A DNA stretch of 32,000 nt, taken from NCBI RefSeq assembly GCF_001997385.1, contig NZ_CP019633.1, forward strand, positions 1,050,001 through 1,082,000. Reading direction: 5' to 3'. The notes under the pieces are model-generated. The model searched no databases. It saw nothing but the letters and a program-made list of their open reading frames with translations, and was not told where the DNA came from. Source of the DNA: Sedimentisphaera cyanobacteriorum. GTDB taxonomy: Bacteria > Planctomycetota > Phycisphaerae > Sedimentisphaerales > Sedimentisphaeraceae. The position numbers were made by a program, and so were the translations under genes. Position 1 is the first letter of the stretch, and the number at the start of each line of letters is the position of its first letter. This document shows, in pieces, positions 15,274-24,638 of this stretch.

Positions 15274-18198
15274 ATGGCAGGGAAGGCTCAGCCGAAAAAC
15301 ATCAGCGTAAAGAGGTATTTTTCCACGGAAGGGAAACACCCCTTTGACCAAATCGAATGGGAAAACAGAGAAGCTGTAATCACAGATGAAAAGGGCAATG
15401 TAATCTTCAAGCAGGAAGACATAGAAACCCCGAAGAACTGGAGCCAGCTTGCTGCCAAAATTGTTGTTAGCAAATACTTCTACGGGGAGGCAGGCACAGA
15501 ACAGCGTGAAAAATCAATCAAACAGCTGATCCACCGCGTAGCCCGCACAATAGCAGACCGCGGCTATAAAGACGGGTATTTCACAAGCCAGAAGCAGCGC
15601 GATCTTTACTACGAGGAACTGGCTTATCTCTGCGTAAACCAGTACGGGGCATTCAACTCGCCTGTATGGTTCAATTTAGGGCTAAAAGACGAGTACGGCG
15701 TTGAAGGCAGCCCGCACAACTTCCATTACGCCCCCGAGAAGGGCGAATCTGTCCCCTGCGAGAACACATACACCTACCCGCAGTGTTCAGCCTGCTTTAT
15801 ACAGAGCGTTGAGGATACCATGGAAGACATTATGAGGCTAGCAAACAGCGAGGCAATGCTCTTCAAGCACGGCTCGGGAACAGGCACCGACCTCTCAACG
15901 CTCAGAAGCTCGCGTGAGAAACTGTCCGGGGGAGGGATCCCTTCAGGGCCTTTAAGTTTTATGAAGGTGTTTGACCAGATTGCTGGCGTTATAAAGTCCG
16001 GCGGGAAAACCAGACGCGCTGCAAAGATGCAGTCTCTTATGGCAGACCATCCGGACATCAAAGACTTCATAAACTCCAAGCTGCGTGAAGAGAAGAAGGC
16101 CTGGGCGCTGATAGAGCAGGGCTATTCCGGCGATTTCAACGGCGAGGCCTATGGTAGCGTTATGTTCCAGAATGCCAATCTCTCTGTCCGCGTTACAGAC
16201 GAATTTATGAAGGCTGTGGAATCAGACAGCACTTGGACAACCAAAGCAGTAACTTCAGGCAAAGAGGTTGACACCTACAATGCACGTGAGCTTATGGATG
16301 AGATCTGCGAGGGAACGAGAGTTTGCGGTGATCCGGGGCTTCAGTATCACAGCACAATCAACAAATGGCACACCTGCCCGAACGAGGCGCCGATAAACGC
16401 CTCCAATCCGTGCAGCGAGTATATGTTTATCAACAACTCCGCCTGCAACCTCGCCTCGCTTAACTTGATGAAATTCCGCAATGAAGACGGAAGCTTTGAT
16501 GTGGAGTCTTTCAAGAAGGCAGTAAAGATCTTCATAATCGCTCAGGAAATCCTTGTTGACAACGGCAGCTATCCTGAGAAAAAGATCTCGGACAACAGCC
16601 ATAAATTCCGCCCGCTCGGCCTCGGATATGCAAATCTGGGCTGTTTGATGATGAGCCTTGCTCATCCGTACGATTCAGAGCCCGCCCGTGAGCTGGCAGG
16701 GGCTATCACAGCGATAATGACAGGCACTGCATACGAGGTGAGTTCTGAGCTTGCCGTTCAGAAAGGCACTTTCGAAGGCTACGAGGCCAACAAAGAGCCT
16801 ATGCTCAACGTTATCAGTATGCACCGCGATAAGGCATACCAGCTCAAGGAAACGCTCTGCCCGAGGTATCTGGTGGAAGAGGCCAAAAACGCATGGGACA
16901 GAGCCTACGATTTGGGCACGAAATTCGGATACCGCAATTCGCAGACTACCGTTCTAGCACCGACAGGGACAATCGGGTTTATGATGGACTGCGATACAAC
17001 GGGAATCGAGCCGGATATTGCGCTTGTGAAATACAAGATGCTCGCAGGCGGAGGGATGATTAAATACGTTAATCAGACCGTCCCCATGGCGCTCGATGAG
17101 CTTGGATACAGCAAAGAAGAGATCGAGAAGATCAAAGAAGAGATCGACAGAGACGACACCATCGAAACCTCTGAAATTTTAAAAAAGGAACACCTGCCCG
17201 TTTTCGACTGCGCATTCAAGGCGCGTAAAGGCAAGAGAAGCATACCGTGGATGGCGCATCTGAAGATGATGTCCGCTGCACAGCCCTTCCTCTCAGGGGC
17301 GATAAGCAAAACCATCAATATGCCCAACGAAAGCACCAACGAAGATATAATGCAGGCATACACCGAAGGCTGGAAGATGGGGCTCAAGGCTGTTGCCGTT
17401 TACAGGGACGGGTCTAAGCGTACTCAGCCTCTCAATACCGGCCTGCAGGAAGAGAAGCAGGAAGAGACGAAGGTCAAGGAAGTTCTTGTAAAAAAACCCT
17501 ACCGCAGAAGACTGCCCGAAACGCGGTGCAGCATAACGCACAAATTCAGCGTAGCAGGGCATGAGGGCTATCTCACTGTAGGTCTATACGATGACGGCCA
17601 GCCCGGCGAGCTGTTTATAACGATGGCAAAGGAAGGCAGCACAGTAGGCGGTCTTATGGATGTGATCGGGACATGCACATCGCTGTCTCTTCAGTATGGA
17701 GTGCCTCTGGTTACGCTTGTGGACAAATTCCGGCACGCAAGATTTGAGCCTGCAGGTATGACCTCAAACAAGGATATGCCTTTTGCCAAGAGCCTTATAG
17801 ACTACATATTCTGCTGGCTGGGGTGTCAGTTCCTCCCGGGATACGCAGAAAAGAATACCCCGCACAAGAAAAGCAGCAGTACGATTGATCTGTCAAAGCC
17901 TCTCACAGAGCAGCCCGAGGATGAACAGGGAAAAAAGCCGAGCACCGGCAGTAATCAGGCCGGTAAGCAGAAGGAAAAGGAAGCGCAGAAAACCGCTAAA
18001 CAGCCGGCATTTTCTGTTACCGAAACCAGCTCTACAGACGGGGCAGCCGAGAAGCTGAGCATTATAGGACAGTTCAACAAACAGTTCGACCACTTCCAGG
18101 ATGATGCGCCCGCCTGCGATATTTGCGGGTCTATCACTGTGAGAAACGGGACCTGCTACAGATGCCACAACTGCGGCAACTCAATGGGCTGTTCATAA
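15274..18198 (+). CDS. nrdJ: Adenosylcobalamin-dependent (class II) ribonucleotide reductase
   Basis: 974 aa. The active-site region reads SNPCSEY...ACNLASLNL. A TSCPD-like segment follows (GELFITMAKEGSTVGGLMDVIGTCTSLSLQYGVPL). The C-terminus has a CxxC...CxxC zinc ribbon (CDICGS...CYRCHNCG). This architecture fits long-form NrdJ. Confidence 0.92.
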   Translation: MAGKAQPKNISVKRYFSTEGKHPFDQIEWENREAVITDEKGNVIFKQEDIETPKNWSQLAAKIVVSKYFYGEAGTEQREKSIKQLIHRVARTIADRGYKDGYFTSQKQRDLYYEELAYLCVNQYGAFNSPVWFNLGLKDEYGVEGSPHNFHYAPEKGESVPCENTYTYPQCSACFIQSVEDTMEDIMRLANSEAMLFKHGSGTGTDLSTLRSSREKLSGGGIPSGPLSFMKVFDQIAGVIKSGGKTRRAAKMQSLMADHPDIKDFINSKLREEKKAWALIEQGYSGDFNGEAYGSVMFQNANLSVRVTDEFMKAVESDSTWTTKAVTSGKEVDTYNARELMDEICEGTRVCGDPGLQYHSTINKWHTCPNEAPINASNPCSEYMFINNSACNLASLNLMKFRNEDGSFDVESFKKAVKIFIIAQEILVDNGSYPEKKISDNSHKFRPLGLGYANLGCLMMSLAHPYDSEPARELAGAITAIMTGTAYEVSSELAVQKGTFEGYEANKEPMLNVISMHRDKAYQLKETLCPRYLVEEAKNAWDRAYDLGTKFGYRNSQTTVLAPTGTIGFMMDCDTTGIEPDIALVKYKMLAGGGMIKYVNQTVPMALDELGYSKEEIEKIKEEIDRDDTIETSEILKKEHLPVFDCAFKARKGKRSIPWMAHLKMMSAAQPFLSGAISKTINMPNESTNEDIMQAYTEGWKMGLKAVAVYRDGSKRTQPLNTGLQEEKQEETKVKEVLVKKPYRRRLPETRCSITHKFSVAGHEGYLTVGLYDDGQPGELFITMAKEGSTVGGLMDVIGTCTSLSLQYGVPLVTLVDKFRHARFEPAGMTSNKDMPFAKSLIDYIFCWLGCQFLPGYAEKNTPHKKSSSTIDLSKPLTEQPEDEQGKKPSTGSNQAGKQKEKEAQKTAKQPAFSVTETSSTDGAAEKLSIIGQFNKQFDHFQDDAPACDICGSITVRNGTCYRCHNCGNSMGCS

Positions 18199-18226
18199 AG
18201 ATTTAATAGAGAAAACAATCTCTATA

Positions 18227-18256
18227 GGGCGTTCGGGGCACGGACGCCCCTTTTTT
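18227..18256 (+). terminator. Rho-independent terminator after nrdJ
   Basis: A GC-rich hairpin forms either as GGGCGT/ACGCCC or as GGGGC-ACGGAC-GCCCC. It is followed immediately by T6 (18251..18256). Confidence 0.8.
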
Positions 18257-18361
18257 GCGCCATGAGTAAACTCTTCGAACTAGAGCTAAGCCCCGATGCA
18301 GCGAAGAAAACTCCGCTGCCCGCTCCGATTGCCGCAGGTTTGCAAAGCTGAGAGAAAAATA

Positions 18362-19783
18362 TTAAGAACTCAGCTGTTCGGCAATGTCATACTCGATCCA
18401 GCCGCCGCCTCTTTTCCATTTCGGCGGAGCCATTTCACTTTCCCACTGCTTATAAAGCTTTTTGAGATGTTTGAGTTTCTCAGGGTTTTTATCCGAGAGG
18501 TCGTTCTTTTCTGATATATCTTCTGCGAGATTATACAGACCGGCGGTGCCATCTTCCTGATGAACCCATTTCCAGTCTCCATCCCGCACAGCATATCCCT
18601 CGCCCCTTTTCCAGAAAAGTGTTTTATGCGGGCGTGATTTCTTTTTGCCGTTTAGGTAAGGCATCAGATTAACGCCGTCGAAGGGCTTGCCGAGAATCTT
18701 GCTCCCCCCTGCTGCTGCGTAGGCTGTGGGGAGGAAATCAAACCCGCTTACAGGTTTGTCGTAAACAGTATTTTTCTTTATCTCGCCCGGCCACTTCATT
18801 ATACAGGGCACGCGGATTCCGCCTTCCCACTGCGAGCCTTTCATGCCTCGGAGCTTTCCGTTTGATGCCCCGTTATTTGTGCCGCCGTTGTCATTGAAGA
18901 ACATAATGAGCGTATCATCCTCAAGCCCAAGCTCCTTGAGTTTGCCTGTTACTCTGCCGATGCTGTCATCCATTGCCTTAGTCATTGCGGCATTTGCCCG
19001 CCTTCTCCAAGGCTCAACATCGCTGAACTGCTCCAAATCTTCCTCTTTGGCGTGCATCGGAGTATGAACAGCGTTGTATGAGAGATACAGGAAAAACGGC
19101 CTGTCTTTATGCCTTTGCACATAATCGACTGCGTAATCGGTAAAGTCATCTGTGGTATAGGTGATTTTCTCTTCGGGATAAACTTTCTGATCCTTTATCA
19201 TCACGTGATGCTCGTTTACTTCTCCTTCAATCGGGAAGTAGGAGCGGGCGCCGCCGAGGAAACCGAAAAACTCATCGAAATTCCTGTTCCAAGGCTGAAA
19301 CTGCGGACGAAGACCCATATTCCATTTACCAATAACGCAGGTGCGATAGCCGAGGGATTTGAAGTAGTCGGCAAAGGTTTTCTCGTTCGGATCGAGGCCG
19401 AGATCGTCCTGAGTATAACCTTGCATCGGCTTGGCATCGGGGCCGTTGAATTCGTGGCCGAAACGCTGCTGATAACGCCCTGTAAGAAGCCCTGCTCTGG
19501 ACGGGCAGCATACCGAGGCAGTTACATACGCCTGAGAGAATCTCGTTCCCTTCTTCGCTATCGAATCGATGTGCGGGGTCTGCTGAACTTTTGAACCCTG
19601 AAATCCGAAATCGCCGTATCCTGCATCGTCTGCGAGAAATACTATCACGTTAGGCCGCTTTTTCGAACTCAGTGCATCTTTTGCCGTCTGCCTTGATGCA
19701 TCATTCGCCGCAAAGGCTGCGCCTGAAAAGGCCGAAAATGCCAATGAACTGCACGCTGCTTTGAGAAAACTTCTTCTTTCCAT
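18362..19783 (-). CDS. Tat-exported formylglycine-dependent sulfatase (arylsulfatase A family)
   Basis: 473 aa. A twin-arginine leader is present (MERRSFLKAAC...AFA). The sulfatase signature is SVCCPSRAGLLTGRY (C-x-P-x-R). Metal-site context includes NVIVFLADDAGYGD and GKWNMG. Confidence 0.9.
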   Translation of the reverse strand: MERRSFLKAACSSLAFSAFSGAAFAANDASRQTAKDALSSKKRPNVIVFLADDAGYGDFGFQGSKVQQTPHIDSIAKKGTRFSQAYVTASVCCPSRAGLLTGRYQQRFGHEFNGPDAKPMQGYTQDDLGLDPNEKTFADYFKSLGYRTCVIGKWNMGLRPQFQPWNRNFDEFFGFLGGARSYFPIEGEVNEHHVMIKDQKVYPEEKITYTTDDFTDYAVDYVQRHKDRPFFLYLSYNAVHTPMHAKEEDLEQFSDVEPWRRRANAAMTKAMDDSIGRVTGKLKELGLEDDTLIMFFNDNGGTNNGASNGKLRGMKGSQWEGGIRVPCIMKWPGEIKKNTVYDKPVSGFDFLPTAYAAAGGSKILGKPFDGVNLMPYLNGKKKSRPHKTLFWKRGEGYAVRDGDWKWVHQEDGTAGLYNLAEDISEKNDLSDKNPEKLKHLKKLYKQWESEMAPPKWKRGGGWIEYDIAEQLSS

Positions 19784-19851
19784 AATTTATCTTTCTATTA
19801 ACAAAAAACATCATTCGTCTTTAATAACGCAGAGTATCTGCTTGCAGATAA

Positions 19852-21027
19852 TCAGAAAGCCGGCATATTAGGCTGCTCTGCGGGGGTTATTGCGATTCCT
19901 TCAATCTCCACGAGCCATCCCGGGCGGCATACCGGAGCAACCACAAGCAGGCAGGGCACCCCCGGGAAGCAGCGATTTATAAGCTCTTCTGCTGGCCCGC
20001 TGTCTGAAGGGTCTCGCAGGTATACGGTGATTGCGGCGAGATGCTCTCTGGAGCTGCCTGCCTGGCTGAGGAGGGCATCAATATTCTGGACTGTCCTTTC
20101 AAACTGGCCAAAAAAATCTTCCGAATGAACCACCACCCCCTCTTTGTCTATGCTCGCTGTACCAGATATGAGAGTATGGATTCGGTCTGTGTATTTTATT
20201 GAAGTCGCCCGCTCGAAGGTAACGCCGTAAATATGCGTAGGGCTCAGCCACTCAGGAGCGGAGATATACTGAATCTGATTTTTGGCAGGATTATCTATTG
20301 CATAGTAATCCAGGAGCACCTTGCAGGCGGGATTGTCCCATGCACCTTCAATGCCTGTACTTGCGATAAAATGCGTATCTTTTGTTAAACCTTCCTTCTC
20401 GAATATTTCTCTTCTGGCATCAACAAGCCCCTTGTAGTTCCCGTCAACGTTCTGGACGTAGAACCAAGTTCTCACGACATTATCTTTGAGCGTCATTGAG
20501 TTTTTATCGAGCCGTCCTGCAAGTTCATCGAAAACTGCATAAGTTTGCAGGTATGAGCTCTCTGCATCCATGCTGTTTAGCGATGCGGAGAAAATATGTC
20601 TTTGCGAATTGGGGGTAAAGCTCACAAAAGAGCGCCCCGATTCCTTTTTAACAGCTTCGCCGCTTTGAGCAGCGTGATATGCCCAAAGGCTAAGCTTAGC
20701 CGCCCCGCACGGGGGCTGGGAAACCTTTGAAACCGCGCACCCTGAACGTGCGGGATTACTGCTGGAAAAATCAAGGCCTTCGAGAACTTGAGCCTGATTT
20801 ATAAGATCGCTGCATAAAAACCGCCTGAATATAGCAGTTTCCTCGCATAGGCCAAGCTCTTCAATCGCCTTGCTGTAGGCGGATTTAATCCATTCAAGCT
20901 GGTCTTGTGCATATCCCCAGCAGAGCGGCTGAAATGTGAAGTGGAATTCTTCAGTGCCGGATTTGTTTTTGAATTTTGAAACGAATGTTTTAATCTTACT
21001 GCTGAAATCAAAGGTGATATATTCCAT
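19852..21027 (-). CDS. RidA/YjgF-fold protein resembling FkbO/Hyg5/XanB2-type chorismatases
   Basis: 391 aa with no signal peptide. Three segments match what I remember of chorismatase-family proteins: VVRTWFYVQNVDGNYKGLVDARREIF, LISGTASIDKEGVVVH...QFERTVQNIDALL and the C-terminal ITVYLRD...GWLVEIEGIA. This is a motif-level call and the N-terminal ~170 aa are unassigned. Confidence 0.5.
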   Translation of the reverse strand: MEYITFDFSSKIKTFVSKFKNKSGTEEFHFTFQPLCWGYAQDQLEWIKSAYSKAIEELGLCEETAIFRRFLCSDLINQAQVLEGLDFSSSNPARSGCAVSKVSQPPCGAAKLSLWAYHAAQSGEAVKKESGRSFVSFTPNSQRHIFSASLNSMDAESSYLQTYAVFDELAGRLDKNSMTLKDNVVRTWFYVQNVDGNYKGLVDARREIFEKEGLTKDTHFIASTGIEGAWDNPACKVLLDYYAIDNPAKNQIQYISAPEWLSPTHIYGVTFERATSIKYTDRIHTLISGTASIDKEGVVVHSEDFFGQFERTVQNIDALLSQAGSSREHLAAITVYLRDPSDSGPAEELINRCFPGVPCLLVVAPVCRPGWLVEIEGIAITPAEQPNMPAF

Positions 21028-21047
21028 ATTTCTCTCTTAAACAGGTT

Positions 21048-23306
21048 TTATGCTCCTGAAACTACTTCGTATCTAATCGCCGGCATACAGCCGAGATTCC
21101 ACGTATTCACTTTCCCGCCCTTTTTGCGCGGCTTAATTCTTGCCTTTGCCTCAAAGATAATATTTCCCTTATCTCCCGCCTTAAGGCCTTCTCTTGCCCT
21201 AAGCTTTATGCTGTAGCCGTTTTTGCGAGGTGTGATATTCGCATAATCGATCGCTTCAGGGCCTTCTTTTATCGACAGAATTATGCTGCCGTATTTACCC
21301 CTGAGATGTCCGGCTGTTTTAATATTTACTGCTGCCCCTCTGCCTTGGACAATCTTCACGGGCTGTTGGGAATCAACAGAAACGGGGAACTCTCTCTTAC
21401 CCTTTCCGTTCAGATCTGCAAGAAACCCCTCAGCAGGAACTAGATGGTGCAGCACAAAGGCCTGAGTGGTATCGTCTGCCGGGCATACTTCTCGAGTAAT
21501 CCTGCTGCCTCCGGCAGATGCATAGGCTGTAAACTCAAGATTAGAGAGCCTCTGGGCAGGCTTGGCCGGAGCGTTAAGAGTGGCGAAGATGCAGCTCTCA
21601 CCTTCCGGTATTACTGCGCCTTCGAGGCTGTAGCCAGTTTTTTTGTTTTTAACGCTTATCTCAATGGCTCCATCGAAACCGTCTTTGCGGAGTGCGCAGA
21701 ATTTGAGCATCTGATAATCGCCGAGGTGGTGTTTTGTGCAGGAGCGGTCTGTAAAAACCTTGAAATCCGGCATCGGCTCGGACATTCTGAGCCGATAGCA
21801 GTGATTCTTTGAGCCTTTGCCCTGCGTATCGCTCAGCTCAACAGTTAGCTTTTCGCTTTTTCCCGCTTTATAGATCAGATAAGAATCGGCGAAATGGGTA
21901 ATCATTCCCGTTCGGGTCTTTTCGCTGTCGTCATTGAAAGCAAGGATTTTGCCCGCCTTGTTTTTAATCCGCAGAAACGAATCCAAAGGCGAATTCAGCC
22001 TCGCTGCCCAAACCTCAAATACGTATGTTCTGCCCTTTCGGGCATCAAACGAAAATGCATCAACATCGCCTTCTGCTGCAATCCTGCCGTTTACTGCTAA
22101 GGGCAGCTTAACCGGCTGCGGTCTGTTTTTCGGGTTTTCCTTTTCGATCATTTCAGGAAGCTCGCTTACGAAATACTTGAACTGATTAGAAACCAAACTC
22201 CCCTTTTTGAGTAAATCCCTTTTGACCCCGCTCTCACCCCCCGTATTGAGGGCTGCGCTTTTGGCGGGCAGATTCCAGCCTTCCAGCTTTGCACGAACTT
22301 TTTCGCCCTTCTTGGCACCGAGCGGGAAAACAGATTCCACAAACGGGCTCTTGTCTATTGAGACTCTGTAAACAAAATCCTCCCTGCCGCGAAAGACAGC
22401 ATCCCTTATCTCAAGGGTGTATCTGTCTGTTCTGGGCACATCAAAAAGGATTACAGGGTCAGGCTGATTCCGGAAATCATCACAGAAAGCAGCCTCTCTG
22501 CCGGTGTGATCCTTTACAGATACAACCGCCTGAAACCAGCCCGGGACAGAATCAGCGAGATAAGGAACAAGCTCTCGTGCCTGAGTTTTTATAACAAGCT
22601 TCTCGCCCTTATTTGCCTTAAAGTAAAACTTATCCACATCGCCCGGGGTAATCTGCCCGTTAATCACTGCAGGATGCTGGAGGACATCCTCCTTGCGGGG
22701 CTCTCTGGTATTCGGCTCATACTCCCTGAACTCCTTATTCACCCCCACCATAAAAACAACCGGATTGGTAATCCCGTTTCTGCCCCTGAGCCGAAGCTCG
22801 TATCTGCCCGGTGCAGCATCCTTTGAAACCTTGATTTTCGCTATCACCTTCTGGTCTATCTGATTGGTCCTTTGAAGCCTGTTCAGGCGGACTGCTGCGT
22901 TGTTAAAATGCTGAAACTCCTTCTTGCTCATCTTTTCGATGCGGTTTATATACCAGTCGCCCTCTTTGCGGCCTTCCTTTTTGAGCATCTCCTTGCGCAG
23001 CTTTTGGATATGCTCATCGGATTTGCCGTTTTGCCTTGCCCTTACAAGCGGTATATAAACCCTTCTGCTTCTCGGGCTTCGGTGGTTTGCTTTGTCGATA
23101 AATTCCGCCTGCACATCTTCTGAGTTTGAAAGCACCTCGCTTACGCTCCAGAGCGCCTGCCCGCCGAAGACTGCGGTAATCGTATCGCCCCTGCACGCTC
23201 CTGCAGGATATACATACCCAATCTGCGGGACGGCGGCAAACGCACTAAGACTCAAGAGCAAAACTGCATACAGCAGAGAAAATTTTGGCATCGTGTTTTT
23301 ACTCAT
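21048..23306 (-). CDS. Secreted protein with two PPC (pre-peptidase C-terminal)-like repeats and no recognisable catalytic domain
   Basis: 752 aa with a Sec-type leader (...LLLSLSAFAA). Two repeats carry the EPN...VNG.I..GDVD.F.F.A.KG pattern, at aa ~195-317 (YEPNTREP...GDVDKFYFKANKGEKL...YRVSI) and aa ~388-508 (EKENPKNRPQP...GDVDAFSFDARKGRTY...YRLRM). The remainder looks beta-rich and is unassigned. Confidence 0.55.
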   Translation of the reverse strand: MSKNTMPKFSLLYAVLLLSLSAFAAVPQIGYVYPAGACRGDTITAVFGGQALWSVSEVLSNSEDVQAEFIDKANHRSPRSRRVYIPLVRARQNGKSDEHIQKLRKEMLKKEGRKEGDWYINRIEKMSKKEFQHFNNAAVRLNRLQRTNQIDQKVIAKIKVSKDAAPGRYELRLRGRNGITNPVVFMVGVNKEFREYEPNTREPRKEDVLQHPAVINGQITPGDVDKFYFKANKGEKLVIKTQARELVPYLADSVPGWFQAVVSVKDHTGREAAFCDDFRNQPDPVILFDVPRTDRYTLEIRDAVFRGREDFVYRVSIDKSPFVESVFPLGAKKGEKVRAKLEGWNLPAKSAALNTGGESGVKRDLLKKGSLVSNQFKYFVSELPEMIEKENPKNRPQPVKLPLAVNGRIAAEGDVDAFSFDARKGRTYVFEVWAARLNSPLDSFLRIKNKAGKILAFNDDSEKTRTGMITHFADSYLIYKAGKSEKLTVELSDTQGKGSKNHCYRLRMSEPMPDFKVFTDRSCTKHHLGDYQMLKFCALRKDGFDGAIEISVKNKKTGYSLEGAVIPEGESCIFATLNAPAKPAQRLSNLEFTAYASAGGSRITREVCPADDTTQAFVLHHLVPAEGFLADLNGKGKREFPVSVDSQQPVKIVQGRGAAVNIKTAGHLRGKYGSIILSIKEGPEAIDYANITPRKNGYSIKLRAREGLKAGDKGNIIFEAKARIKPRKKGGKVNTWNLGCMPAIRYEVVSGA

Positions 23307-23315
23307 ATCCCTGTC

Positions 23316-24614
23316 CTACATAATCTCCGTTAGAAGGCCTTCGCCCTCGGCAAGAGGCATAACAATTTCATCAAGTCCTCTGTTATTTGGCAGCTTTGCA
23401 GCAGGGTCTATGCCCATAAGCGTGTACATACTTGCAAGAAGCTGCTGAGGGTGTACGGGATTCTCAGCTACTTTAGCAGCCTTTTCGTCGGATTTGCCCA
23501 CTACCTTGCCTCCTTGGAAACCGCCTCCGCCTACTACAACGGAAAAGCAGCTTCCGTGATGCGATCTGCCGCCGTTCCAAGGTGCGTTCCACTGCACTTT
23601 CGGGCCTCTTCCAAATTCGCCGCCCCACCAGATAATAGTAGAATCAAGCAGGCCTCGGTCGCTAAGATCTGCAAAGAGAGCAGAAAGGCCGGCATCGAGC
23701 TCGGGAAGTTTATTTTTCATTGTTTCAAAATGACGCTTATGCGTATCCCAGCCCTTGTAGTTGATTGTGATATACGGGACGCCGTATTCTGCCAGCCGCC
23801 TTGCCATAAGACAGGACTGGCCGAATGTATTCTTACCGTACATCTCGCGGGTCTGTTTCTTTTCGGTGGAAAGGTCGAAGATATCTTTCGTATCCCCAAG
23901 TATCATATCGTAAGCCTCTTGGCGGGAGCTCTGGGCCACTTTGAATATATCCAGATTCGAAGCAGACTTCCCGAGTGTATCAAGCTTTCCAAGCAGCTGC
24001 CTGCGGGACTGCTGACGTTTCTCGCTTATGCCTTTGGCTATAATACCTGAAACCTCAAACGGATCTTTAGCAGGGTCGCCGCCTGTTGCAAACGGCTTGT
24101 AATCCAGCCCGAGGAAGCCGCATTCTGAAAACCTTCCCTGAGGCTCTGTCAACACAATATAAGGCGGAAGCTTTTTGTCGTAGCCCTTTCCCCTGCCCTT
24201 AAAAAGCGATACTACCGCCCCTGCGCAGGGATGAACTATCCCGGGCGTGGGCTTGTGGCCGGTTTGAACGAGATAGGAGGCGGTTTCATGGGCGTTAGTT
24301 CCGTGAGTCATACTGCGGATGATGGAGTATTTATCGGCGTGTTTGGCGAGCTTTGGAAGAGCTGCGTTTACTGTTATCCCGTCAACATTGGTTCCAATCT
24401 CTTTATCAAGAGGCCCGCAGTAGTCCTCGCCTGCGCGGGGTTTGGGGTCGAAGGTGTCTATCTGCGAGGGGCCTCCCCACATCCATATCTGTATCACAGA
24501 CTTTGCCTTGGCCTTCGGAGCAGCAGAGGCCTGTGCATTAAGAAGATAAGGAGCAGCAGCGAACGATGCGCCGGTTTTCATCAAATCTCTTCTTGTAAAT
24601 TCGAATCTGCTCAT
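23316..24614 (-). CDS. DUF1501 family protein (sulfatase/alkaline-phosphatase-like fold), Tat-exported
   Basis: 432 aa. A twin-arginine leader is present (FTRRDLMKTGASFAAAP). The segment VIQIWMWGGPSQIDTFDPKP and the C-terminal region WGGEFGRGP...GRSHH are typical of DUF1501. Confidence 0.9.
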   Translation of the reverse strand: MSRFEFTRRDLMKTGASFAAAPYLLNAQASAAPKAKAKSVIQIWMWGGPSQIDTFDPKPRAGEDYCGPLDKEIGTNVDGITVNAALPKLAKHADKYSIIRSMTHGTNAHETASYLVQTGHKPTPGIVHPCAGAVVSLFKGRGKGYDKKLPPYIVLTEPQGRFSECGFLGLDYKPFATGGDPAKDPFEVSGIIAKGISEKRQQSRRQLLGKLDTLGKSASNLDIFKVAQSSRQEAYDMILGDTKDIFDLSTEKKQTREMYGKNTFGQSCLMARRLAEYGVPYITINYKGWDTHKRHFETMKNKLPELDAGLSALFADLSDRGLLDSTIIWWGGEFGRGPKVQWNAPWNGGRSHHGSCFSVVVGGGGFQGGKVVGKSDEKAAKVAENPVHPQQLLASMYTLMGIDPAAKLPNNRGLDEIVMPLAEGEGLLTEIM

Positions 24615-24638
24615 AATTTCCTTCTTTCGTTATGAAAG

